64,000 nt of DNA from an uncultured Acidobacteriota bacterium (GTDB lineage: Bacteria > Acidobacteriota > Thermoanaerobaculia > Gp7-AA8), in NCBI GenBank assembly GCA_963822445.1, contig CAWGHO010000003.1, positions 1,184,001 to 1,248,000 on the forward strand, given 5' to 3'. A model generated the notes under the pieces. That model was not told the DNA's origin, did not search any database, and saw only the letters and a program-made list of their open reading frames with translations. The translations under genes were made by a program, and so were the position numbers. This document shows, in pieces, positions 39,780 through 47,848 of the stretch; position 1 is the first letter of the stretch, and every line of letters begins with the position of its first letter.

Positions 39780-39824
39780 CCGCTATAATCGCGCCGCTTT
39801 GCGCGCGCTCAAAATTTTCGCGGG
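39780..39824 (+). repeat. Right copy of the 45-bp direct repeat, containing the TATAAT box and the prs start
   Basis: ccgctataatcgcgccgctttgcgcgcgctcaaaattttcgcggg; TATAAT at 39784-39789, TTG start at 39799. Confidence 0.93.
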
Positions 39825-40743
39825 TCGCTCTCACCCTGCGCTCACCGATGAGATCTGCAAGACCCTCGAGGTCGAGCGCGGCCACGTGACGCTCTACAGC
39901 TTCTCGGACGGTGAGCATTACGTGCAGATCGACGAGAACGTCCGCGGCGCGGACGTCTTCGTGATCCAGCCCGTTTCGCCGCCGTCGGTGAACGATCACC
40001 TGATGGAGCTCTTGATCATGCTCGACGCATTCAAGCGCTCCTCGGCACGCCGCATCACCGCCGTCCTCCCGTACTACGGCTACGCGCGCCAGGACCGGAA
40101 GGACAAGCCCCGCGTTCCGATCACGGCGAAGCTCGTCGCGGACCTGATCAGCAAGGCCGGCGCGGATCGCGTGCTCACTCTCGATCTGCATGCCGCGCAG
40201 ATTCAGGGCTTCTTCAACATTCCCGTCGATCACCTTTTCGCAGCTCCGGTGATCGTCGGACATCTGAAAACGCTCGACCTGCACGATCTGACCATCGTCT
40301 CGCCCGACGCCGGCGGCGTGGAGCGCGCCCGGGCCTACGCCAAGCGTCTGGGCGCCTCCCTGGCCATCATCGACAAACGCCGTTTCGCCGCGAACCAGAC
40401 CGAGGTGATGAACATCATCGGCGAGGTCGAGGACCGGAACGTGTTCGTGGTCGACGACATCATCGACACGGCCGGGACGCTCATTCACTCGGCCCAGGCC
40501 CTTTTCGAGAAGGGCGCCCGGTCGATTTCCGCCGCCTGCACCCACGCCGTCCTGTCCGGCCCCGCCATCCAGCGCATCAACTCCTCGAAGCTGGACCAGG
40601 TCATCACGACCAACAGCATCCCCACCGAGGAAAAGGAAGCGGACTGCTCGAAGCTCAAGACCCTGTCCATCGCCCCGCTGCTGGCCGAGGCCATCAAGCG
40701 GATTCATGCGGAGGATTCGGTTTCGAGCCTCTTCGAGATGTAG
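39799..40743 (+). CDS. prs: Ribose-phosphate pyrophosphokinase
   Basis: FSDGE, PYYGYARQDRK, DLHAAQIQGFF, VSPDAGG and VDDIIDTAGT motifs. Confidence 0.98.
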   Translation: MRALKIFAGRSHPALTDEICKTLEVERGHVTLYSFSDGEHYVQIDENVRGADVFVIQPVSPPSVNDHLMELLIMLDAFKRSSARRITAVLPYYGYARQDRKDKPRVPITAKLVADLISKAGADRVLTLDLHAAQIQGFFNIPVDHLFAAPVIVGHLKTLDLHDLTIVSPDAGGVERARAYAKRLGASLAIIDKRRFAANQTEVMNIIGEVEDRNVFVVDDIIDTAGTLIHSAQALFEKGARSISAACTHAVLSGPAIQRINSSKLDQVITTNSIPTEEKEADCSKLKTLSIAPLLAEAIKRIHAEDSVSSLFEM

Positions 40744-40827
40744 TTGCGGGGTTACGGGGTTTCGGGGTTACGAGGGAGCTGATGACCGGTTCCACCTCGA
40801 AACCCCGAAACCCCGCAACCTCGTAAC
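40743..40827. repeat. Inverted arrays of 8-bp tandem repeats (4 + 4 units)
   Basis: gttgcggg gttacggg gtttcggg gttacgag (40743-40774) versus ctcgaaac cccgaaac cccgcaac ctcgtaac (40796-40827). Confidence 0.85.
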
Positions 40828-40895
40828 GGGAATAAGCCTCCATTTCCAGAGATTTAGGCCGTTCTGTCGAACCAGAAAACCAAGGAGTCAGCAAC

Positions 40896-41552
40896 ATGGC
40901 TGAAGTGACGTTGGAAGTCAGCAAACGGGAGACGACCGGAAAAGAGATCGCCAAGAAGCTTCGGCGCGATGGAAAGGTTCCGGCCGTGGTGTACGGCGCG
41001 AAGCGCGATCCGGTGGCGATCACCGTCGATCGCAAGGCCGTCTCCGAGCTCATTCAGAAGAGCGAGCACGGCGTCCGCTCGGTGTTCCTGCTGAAGATGG
41101 CGGGAACGGACCAGCAGCGGCACGCGATGATCAAGGAGATCACCATCGACCCGCTCTCCCGGAAGATGACCCACATCGACTTCGTCCGCGTGCTGATGGA
41201 CGAAAAGGTCAAGGTCACCATCCCCGTGCACCTCAACGGCACGGCCATCGGCGTGAAAGAGGGCGGCGTGCTCGACTTTCAGGTCCGCGAGCTTCACGTG
41301 GAGTGCCTGCCGAACGCGATTCCCGACTCGATCGAAGTCGACGTGGCCCCGCTGGGCGGACACGAGTACTACCGGGTCAAGGACCTGATCGTCCCCGAGG
41401 GCGTGAAGGTGCTCGACGATCCGGAGCGCGTGGTCGTCGGTGTGACCCATCTGAAGGCCGAGGTTGTGGAGCCGACGGCGGAAGCCGCCGCGGTCGCCGA
41501 GCCCGAGGTCATCAAGAAGGGCAAGCCCGAGGACGAGAAAGACAAGAAGTAA
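40896..41552 (+). CDS. rplY: 50S ribosomal protein L25 / general stress protein Ctc
   Basis: LRRDGKVPAVVYG, HIDF and the Ctc C-terminal domain; canonical prs-rplY synteny. Confidence 0.97.
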   Translation: MAEVTLEVSKRETTGKEIAKKLRRDGKVPAVVYGAKRDPVAITVDRKAVSELIQKSEHGVRSVFLLKMAGTDQQRHAMIKEITIDPLSRKMTHIDFVRVLMDEKVKVTIPVHLNGTAIGVKEGGVLDFQVRELHVECLPNAIPDSIEVDVAPLGGHEYYRVKDLIVPEGVKVLDDPERVVVGVTHLKAEVVEPTAEAAAVAEPEVIKKGKPEDEKDKK

Positions 41553-41574
41553 CGAATCCCAACTTCGAGATTTC

Positions 41575-41611
41575 AAAGCCCCGCGAGACAATCGCGGGGC
41601 TTTTTTGTTTT
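41575..41611 (+). terminator. Rho-independent terminator after rplY
   Basis: aaagccccgcga-gacaa-tcgcggggcttt stem followed by a T-run. Confidence 0.9.
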
Positions 41612-41624
41612 CAGGGGAGTGCAC

Positions 41625-42164
41625 ATGTCCAGACTGACCAGACTCACCAGAGACCAGGTATCCGGCGACGTTCGCGAGCTTTACGAGACCGTCGGCCAGG
41701 CCCGCGGGAACGTGCCGAACATGTTCCGGGTCTATGCCCATCGTCCGGAGTTGCTGAAGACCATGGTTGCGCACCTGAACGCCGTCACGAACAGTGGCAC
41801 CGTGCCCGTGCGGACGAAAGAGCTCGTGGCCACGCTCGTCTCGCGCATCAACCACTGCGAGTATTGAAACCGCTCGCACACCGCGCAGGCTGCGCGGTTC
41901 GGAGCGGGTGACGAGCAGCTCTCGCAGCTGCTCGATTACGAGCACGGTCCTTTCACCGACGCGGAGAAAGCGGCCCTGGCGTATGCCGAGCGGCTGACGC
42001 TCGATCCTCACGGGATCGACGACGTGCTGTTCGCGCGGCTGCGCGAGCATTACGACGAAGGGGAGATCGTGGAGATCTCGGCGATGGCGGGACTGTTCAA
42101 CTACTTCAACCGCGTCAACGACGCCTTGCAGATGCAGCCGACCCAGCCGGGAGAAGGATTGTGA
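41625..42164 (+). CDS. AhpD/carboxymuconolactone decarboxylase-family peroxidase, probable selenoprotein (CEYU, UGA at 41865-41867)
   Basis: The in-frame TGA sits where the second Cys of the AhpD N-x-C-x-Y-C-x-x-x-H motif is expected. The frame continues with family-like sequence (AEKAALAYAERLT...EIVEI...LFNYFNRVNDAL) to TGA 42162-42164, coupled to the next gene. Confidence 0.82.
41870..41907 (+). promoter_or_regulatory. Putative bacterial SECIS element
   Basis: Lower stem ccgctc/gagcgg, upper stem accgcgca/tgcgcggt, G-starting apical loop about 20 nt after the UGA. Confidence 0.7.
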
Positions 42165-43237
42165 GACGCGCGTTCCTGATGCTTTTGCTCGTCACGGCCT
42201 GCGCGAAAAAAGAGATGAGCGTCGCCGTCGTCGATCTTCCGGCCGGCGCGGTCGTCCCGTACGTCTCCGGCGATGGCGCGATCAGCTACATGGACGACAA
42301 GGCCAAGGCTTTCCGCATGATCACCTACCGCGACGGCCAGTTTTCGGAGCCGCGCACGATCGCGACCGACGAGGCGATGCTGATCAATCGCGCCGACTTT
42401 CCGTCGATCTCCGCCAACGGCAAGGACGTCGTTGCCGCATGGTCGACGCGGAAAGAGCATGGCTCGATCGTGCATGTCGCGAAATCGAGCGACGGCGGCG
42501 CAACGTGGTCCTCGCCGCGCACTCCGCATCCCGACGTCATCTCCCAGTTCGGCTTCGTCGCCCTGGCCGGCGAGGACTTCGTGTTTCTCGACGGGCGGAA
42601 GCTCGAAGGAGGCATGGAAGGAAACGGGGAGATGGAGTTGCGCGCGAGCGACGGCACAGCCCTCGATCCGCGCGTATGCGATTGCTGTCAGACCGCGATC
42701 GCCACAACCAGCGAGGGTCCGGTCGTCGCGTACCGCGACCGTTCGGCGGATGAAGTTCGCGACATCTCCATCGTCCGCAAGACGGCAACGGGATGGACGC
42801 AGCCGAAGGCCCTCAACGCCGACGGCTGGAAGATCCCCGGCTGTCCGGTGAACGGACCGCAGCTCGATGCCGATGGAAAACGCGTCGTGGCGGCCTGGTT
42901 CACCGGCGCGAACAACGATCCTCGCGTTTACGTCGCGTTTTCCGAGGACGCCGGTGCAACGTTCGGCAAGCCGATTCGCGTCGACGGCGGTCAGGCCGCT
43001 GGTCGCGTCGACGCTGTTCTCCTTCCCGACGGATCCGCGGCCGTGACCTGGGTCGCCCAGACCGGCGGCAAGTCCCAGCTCCACCTCCGCCGCATCAACC
43101 CCGACGCCACCCTCGGCAACCCGATTCCTCTCGGCGAATGCACCGGATTTCCGCGCGCCGCCGTTTGGGATGAGAATGTCGCCGTCGTCTGGAGCAGGCC
43201 CGGCGGCGCACACCTGGCAATCATCGAAAGGCTTTGA
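42161..43237 (+). CDS. BNR/Asp-box repeat (sialidase-like fold) lipoprotein
   Basis: Lipobox VTAC; Asp-boxes SSDGGATW and SEDAGATF; Cys motifs VCDCC and GCPVNGP. Confidence 0.75.
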   Translation: MRRAFLMLLLVTACAKKEMSVAVVDLPAGAVVPYVSGDGAISYMDDKAKAFRMITYRDGQFSEPRTIATDEAMLINRADFPSISANGKDVVAAWSTRKEHGSIVHVAKSSDGGATWSSPRTPHPDVISQFGFVALAGEDFVFLDGRKLEGGMEGNGEMELRASDGTALDPRVCDCCQTAIATTSEGPVVAYRDRSADEVRDISIVRKTATGWTQPKALNADGWKIPGCPVNGPQLDADGKRVVAAWFTGANNDPRVYVAFSEDAGATFGKPIRVDGGQAAGRVDAVLLPDGSAAVTWVAQTGGKSQLHLRRINPDATLGNPIPLGECTGFPRAAVWDENVAVVWSRPGGAHLAIIERL

Positions 43238-43818
43238 AACGGATGAAAAGACTCGGAGTGACTCTGGCCATCGCGATGCTCGTGGCGACGGCGTGCAAAC
43301 GTGAAGAGAAGGCCGAGCAGCCGGCACGGACGTTCGACAAACCGGGCAAGGCCACCTCGACGCGACCGGCGCCACCGCCGCCCGCTGCAGGCACCGAGGT
43401 CGGGTCGATGATGCCGGAGTACTCGGCGATGTGGCTGGACGGCTCGAAGTTCGAGCTGGAGACGCGCAAGGGAAACGTGGTGCTGCTCAACCTCTGGGCG
43501 ACGTGGTGCGGGCCGTGCCGCTACGAGATTCCCGAGCTGCAGACCATTCACGACAAGTACGCCGCGAAGAAGTTCGAGGTCATCGGGGTGAGCGTCGACG
43601 AGAGCGGCGTGGAATCGGTGCGCGATTTCGTGAAGGAACACGAGATGCGCTATCCGATCGTGCTCGATGCCGAGGGGAAGCTGGCCAACGTGTTTCAGAC
43701 CTCGGTGTTGCCGACCTCGGTGGTCATCGATCGAACGGGGAAGATCGTCTGGAAGAAATTCGGCGCGATCATGCCCAACGACGCGGAACTGACGAAAGCG
43801 ATCGAGTCGGCGTTGTAG
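43234..43818 (+). CDS. TlpA/ResA-family thiol-disulfide oxidoreductase lipoprotein
   Basis: Lipobox ATAC; NLWATWCGPCRYEIP active site. Confidence 0.92.
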   Translation: MKRMKRLGVTLAIAMLVATACKREEKAEQPARTFDKPGKATSTRPAPPPPAAGTEVGSMMPEYSAMWLDGSKFELETRKGNVVLLNLWATWCGPCRYEIPELQTIHDKYAAKKFEVIGVSVDESGVESVRDFVKEHEMRYPIVLDAEGKLANVFQTSVLPTSVVIDRTGKIVWKKFGAIMPNDAELTKAIESAL

Positions 43819-43827
43819 TGAGAGTTT

Positions 43828-43966
43828 ATCCTTCGCGCGGGCGGGGGTCGGGGGCGCGCGGAGGATCTACGGTTACACCGCGACGGCCGGAGCGACAGGC
43901 GCTGCACGTTGGGCCACGGCGTTGCCGGTGTGACCGTAGATCCTCCGTCGCTGCGCGCCGAAGGAT
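43828..43966. repeat. Nested inverted-repeat element between convergent genes
   Basis: 22-bp arms 43859-43880 and 43926-43947 (one mismatch) plus outer atccttcg/cgaaggat arms. Confidence 0.75.
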
Positions 43967-43973
43967 TGAGTGG

Positions 43974-44156
43974 TTACGTCCTACGCCGGTCGGGCGTCTC
44001 GCGGGCGATGGTCCGCCGGTCGCGCTGCCGCTGAATGAACTCCCGGATGTTTCGCGCCATCTGTCCCATCAGCAGGCGCATCGGGATGTACGCGAGACCG
44101 ATAGCGATGGCGAGCGCTACCGCGAGTGCAACAATCAGAACCAGAAGTGACGTCAT
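43974..44156 (-). CDS. Small single-TM membrane protein
   Basis: Hydrophobic N-terminus, basic C-terminus (RRTIARETPDRR). Confidence 0.55.
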   Translation of the reverse strand: MTSLLVLIVALAVALAIAIGLAYIPMRLLMGQMARNIREFIQRQRDRRTIARETPDRRRT

Positions 44157-44214
44157 CGAACCATGCCTCACTCTCTGAATAGCAAGCCGCCTGCCGAACG
44201 TTGCGCTGTCAGAA

Positions 44215-45300
44215 ATGGGTGAGATTTACGACACACTGGCGATCGACGAGCGGCTGCACGAGCCGCTTCGCGCGGCTTTGCGAGGCGAATCTGCCGCGTG
44301 GCCGGCAGATCTGACCGCGGACGAGATCGAGGCGCTGATCGAACACGGCGTCGTGCCGCTGGTTTACCGCGTCGTGCATTTGCCGCAATTGCGCGAGCTG
44401 GCCATCCGCGCCGCGGGAGTCGAGCCGCAGCGCCTCGCCGATCTGCGCGAAGTTCTCGAGGCGCTGGCGAAACGCGGGGTCGATGCGCTCATCCTCAAAG
44501 GCAGCGCGCTCGCGTACGAGATCTACGACGCGCCGGAGCTCCGCCCCCGCGGCGACACCGATCTGCTGATTTCGCGCGAGGCTTTGGAAGCGACTCGCGA
44601 AGCGCTGGCTGGTCTCGGATTCGAGGAGATTCCGGGCAGCGGCGACGAGCATGGCGTTCGCCAGGCGCTGTTCACACGCGGACCGCATACCTACGACGTT
44701 CACTGGTCGGTCGCCAACACTGCCGTTTTGCAGGGGGTTTTGCCGTTCGACGAGGTTCGCCGGCGCGCGGTGCCGTTGCCGCGCATTTCCGAGCATGGCC
44801 GCGGCCTGTCGCACGTCGACGCGCTTCTGCTCGCGTGCGTGCATCGCGTCGCCCATCACCACGACAGCGATCGCCTGATCTGGCTGTGCGACATCGCACT
44901 GCTGCGCGATCGGATGTCCGCGGAGGAGCATCAACAGTTCTGGCAGCTCGCGTCGGAACGGTGGATCGTCGGGATTTGTGAGCGGGCCGTGGAGCTGGCC
45001 GATGAGTGGATGTCACGCCCACCGCGGCATCGCGCCGAAAATTATTTATCCGAGGATGGGATCCGCCGCGATGAGCCTTCGCGCGTGCTGATGAACCGCC
45101 GCATTACCCGCGGTCGAGTCCTCGCCGCGAATCTGCGCGCATTGCCGTGGCGATCGCGGGCGCGCAGGATGTGGCAGCTCGCGTTTCCGCCGGCCTCGTT
45201 CGTCAAACGGAGCTTCGGCACGCGGAACCGGCTCGCGCTGCCATGGCTGTACGTGTACAGGGGAGCGAGAGGGATCGTGCGGTTGTTGCGGCGCGTTTAA
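44215..45300 (+). CDS. Nucleotidyltransferase family protein (RiPP-cluster associated type), copy 1
   Basis: LILKGSALA, RPRGDTDLL, YDVHW and LIWLCDI motifs. Confidence 0.85.
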   Translation: MGEIYDTLAIDERLHEPLRAALRGESAAWPADLTADEIEALIEHGVVPLVYRVVHLPQLRELAIRAAGVEPQRLADLREVLEALAKRGVDALILKGSALAYEIYDAPELRPRGDTDLLISREALEATREALAGLGFEEIPGSGDEHGVRQALFTRGPHTYDVHWSVANTAVLQGVLPFDEVRRRAVPLPRISEHGRGLSHVDALLLACVHRVAHHHDSDRLIWLCDIALLRDRMSAEEHQQFWQLASERWIVGICERAVELADEWMSRPPRHRAENYLSEDGIRRDEPSRVLMNRRITRGRVLAANLRALPWRSRARRMWQLAFPPASFVKRSFGTRNRLALPWLYVYRGARGIVRLLRRV

Positions 45301-45677
45301 ACCGGCACTTCGTCTTCCGCGCACTGGCGGACATGCTCGATCAGCTGGCTGATGTCGAACGGCTTCGACAGCACGCGGAACACCGGCCTGGCCTCCGCCG
45401 CTTCGCTGCCGCCCTGCATGTTCGCGGTCATCACGATCACCGGCGCGGGCGCGGGGTGCTGCTCCAGGAACCGCAGCACGCCGTGGCCGTCCACGCGGGG
45501 CATCATCAGGTCCAACAGGACCGTGGCGTAGTCGTTACGAGTCAGTTTCTCGATGGCCTCGAATCCGTCACGGGCGCTCTCGACTTCGAATTGTTCACGG
45601 CGCAAAACGCGCTCGACCATCGTCCGAATGGCGTCGTCATCATCGACGACCAGGATGGGTTTTCGTTTCTCCGACAA
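45297..45677 (-). CDS. Single-domain response regulator
   Basis: ILVVDDD, LLDLMMPRVDG and KPF motifs; TTG start with gggagg RBS. Confidence 0.88.
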   Translation of the reverse strand: MSEKRKPILVVDDDDAIRTMVERVLRREQFEVESARDGFEAIEKLTRNDYATVLLDLMMPRVDGHGVLRFLEQHPAPAPVIVMTANMQGGSEAAEARPVFRVLSKPFDISQLIEHVRQCAEDEVPV

Positions 45678-45743
45678 CCGGGCCTCCCCGGGCCCAACCA
45701 AAGCAAACGGATTGCCAGCCGGATGACGTATCTTGGAGACGTT

Positions 45744-46073
45744 ATGAGCACTCTGGCCAAAGAGAAATGCGTTCCCTGCCGCGGCGGCGAGCCACCCATG
45801 CAGGGCCGGCTTCTGCGCGAGCTCGAGGGCCAGCTCGGGCCCGGCTGGAAGGTCGTCGTCGACCATCATCTTGAAAAAGAGATCGATTTTCCCGATTTCG
45901 CCACGGGGCTGGCCTACGTCAACCGCGTCGGAGCGCTGGCCGAGGAGGAAGGGCACCATCCCGACCTCTTCCTGGCCTGGGGAAAAGTGCGCATTTCGAT
46001 CTATACCCACAAGGTCGATGGCCTGACCCGCAGCGACTTCATCCTGGCCGCCAAGATCGATCAGCTAGAATGA
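45744..46073 (+). CDS. phhB: Pterin-4-alpha-carbinolamine dehydratase
   Basis: CVPCRGG, AEEEGHHPDL, THKVDGL..SDFILAAKID. Confidence 0.93.
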   Translation: MSTLAKEKCVPCRGGEPPMQGRLLRELEGQLGPGWKVVVDHHLEKEIDFPDFATGLAYVNRVGALAEEEGHHPDLFLAWGKVRISIYTHKVDGLTRSDFILAAKIDQLE

Positions 46074-46390
46074 GTCCGGTCCAGATGCCCGAAACGATGA
46101 TTGATGGAGCCCGTGTGTACCGTCACGCGGACGATGTGATCTGCCGTCAGGTCGGCACGGAGTCGATCCTCGTCCCGATCAAGAACAACGTGGGCAGCCT
46201 CGACTACATCTACACGCTCTCGGAGGTCGCGGCGCGGATCTGGGCGCTCCTCGACGGGACGCGCTCGATCGACGAAGTGGTGAGCACCATCTGTGAGGAG
46301 TACGAGGTAACCCGGGAGCAGGCAGCCGCTGACGTGGCTGAGCTCGTCTCGGATCTCGAGAACGTGTCGCTTGTTTTGCAGAAGAGCTGA
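46070..46390 (+). CDS. PqqD-family RiPP recognition element (RRE)
   Basis: YTLSEVAARIWALLDG..SIDEVV...EY.V......DV motif. Confidence 0.9.
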   Translation: MSPVQMPETMIDGARVYRHADDVICRQVGTESILVPIKNNVGSLDYIYTLSEVAARIWALLDGTRSIDEVVSTICEEYEVTREQAAADVAELVSDLENVSLVLQKS

Positions 46391-46394
46391 ATCA

Positions 46395-47651
46395 ATGATC
46401 GAAACGCGCCAATATTCGGACTTCAGCAGATCGGTTTTCGGGGCCGTCACGTCTATGCGCATCCCGATGAACGGAACGATCGAGATCTCGAATCGCTGCC
46501 CGCTCGAATGCGCGCACTGCTACAACAACCTGCCGATGAACGACGCGTCGGCCCGGAAGCGCGAGCTCACCACCGAGGAGCATTACAAGCTCCTCGACGA
46601 GCTGTCCGAGCTGGGAACCCTCTGGCTGCTCTTCACCGGCGGCGAGATTTTCGCGCGCCATGACTTCCTCGACATCTACCGCTACGCCAAGAAGCGCGGC
46701 TTCCTGATCACGCTCTTCACGAACGGCACGATGATCACCGAGCGCATCGCCGATGAGCTGGCGCGCATCCGGCCGTTCACGATCGAGATCACGCTCTACG
46801 GCCGCACCAAAGCGACGTACGAAGCGCTCACCGGCGTTCCGGGCTCGTTCGAGAAATGCATCCGCGGCATCCATCTGCTGCTCGAGCGCAAGCTGCCGCT
46901 CAAGCTGAAGACCGTCGCCCTGACGATCAACAAGCACGAGATCCAGGCCATGAAGCGCTTCGCCGAGGAGCTGGGCTGCGAGTTCAAGTTCGATCCGATG
47001 ATCAACCCGCGCATAGATTGCTCTGCGAGTCCGCTCGCCGTGCGGTTGACGCCGGAGGACATCGTCGGCCTCGATCTCGACGAGCCGAAGCGCGTCACGG
47101 AATGGCGCCGCATGGCGCTCGACTTCGCGGTCGTGCACCCGGAAGGGGAAACGCCGAAGGTTTACGACTGCGGCGGCGGGATGAACTCGTTCGCCATCGA
47201 TCCTTACGGCGAGCTGACGATCTGCGTGCTCTCGCACCAGGACACCTACAACGTCCGCAACGGCGTCCGCGACGGCTGGGAGAACTTCATCGGCAAGGTG
47301 CGCAACAAGCGCATCACCCGCGTCACCAAATGCACGAACTGCCAACTCAAGTCCCTGTGCGGCTCGTGCGCGGCGACGGCGGAGCTGGAGATGGGTGATC
47401 CCGAGGCGCCGGTCGATTTTCTCTGCAAGACCGCGCATCTGCGCGCGGAAGTCTTCGACGTGCCGGTGACCCCGCACGGCGACTGCGAATACTGCGGCGA
47501 TCAGAAAGAAACGATCACGACGATGGCCGAGCGCGTCCGCGCGAGGCGTTCGGGCGATCTGGCCGAGGCCATTGCCGCAACGCCGATGGCGGCCATGGAA
47601 GCGAAGGGCGGATGCGGACCGTCCTGCGGCAGTTGTTCGGTCGGGCGATAA
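46395..47651 (+). CDS. Radical SAM/SPASM peptide maturase
   Basis: CPLECAHC, TGGE; SPASM CGGG...DPYGELTIC...CTNC..KSLCGSC...FLC; extra Cys-rich tail. Confidence 0.92.
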   Translation: MIETRQYSDFSRSVFGAVTSMRIPMNGTIEISNRCPLECAHCYNNLPMNDASARKRELTTEEHYKLLDELSELGTLWLLFTGGEIFARHDFLDIYRYAKKRGFLITLFTNGTMITERIADELARIRPFTIEITLYGRTKATYEALTGVPGSFEKCIRGIHLLLERKLPLKLKTVALTINKHEIQAMKRFAEELGCEFKFDPMINPRIDCSASPLAVRLTPEDIVGLDLDEPKRVTEWRRMALDFAVVHPEGETPKVYDCGGGMNSFAIDPYGELTICVLSHQDTYNVRNGVRDGWENFIGKVRNKRITRVTKCTNCQLKSLCGSCAATAELEMGDPEAPVDFLCKTAHLRAEVFDVPVTPHGDCEYCGDQKETITTMAERVRARRSGDLAEAIAATPMAAMEAKGGCGPSCGSCSVGR

Positions 47652-47663
47652 TCAGGAGAGACG

Positions 47664-47843
47664 ATGAAAAATCAGAACGGTCAGCGCAACGGCAAGAAAC
47701 CATACGAGCGTCCGGTCGTGGCCCGCTTCGAGCTGCGCACCGAGGAAGCAGTCCTCGGATTCTGCAAGACCGACGGCACTTCCGGCCCGAGCAACGTCGG
47801 CGGCTGCATCAACGTCAACGTCTGCCGCATCAACGGCTCGTAG
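47664..47843 (+). CDS. Putative RiPP precursor, 59 aa: MKNQNGQRNGKKPYERPVVARFELRTEEAVLGFCKTDGTSGPSNVGGCINVNVCRINGS
   Basis: aggag RBS; RRE-binding-type KPYxxP leader motif; three Cys in the C-terminal half; directly follows the rSAM gene. Confidence 0.85.
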   Translation: MKNQNGQRNGKKPYERPVVARFELRTEEAVLGFCKTDGTSGPSNVGGCINVNVCRINGS

Positions 47844-47848
47844 ACGCC

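Larger units (their letters stand above)
34900..39824. mobile_element. Putative ~4.9 kb inserted island bounded by att-like direct repeats at the prs 5' end; no integrase inside
   Basis: 45-bp direct repeats 4880 bp apart enclose two kinase genes and a small ORF. Confidence 0.6.

Noticed and set aside
41619-41867. 82-aa ORF as a truncated pseudogene
   Set aside because: The stop coincides with the catalytic Cys position, has a SECIS-like hairpin and an intact downstream frame; Sec recoding is the better explanation.
46070-47651. PqqD plus rSAM as PQQ biosynthesis (pqqDE)
   Set aside because: There is no pqqB or pqqC, and the peptide lacks the PqqA ExxxY motif.
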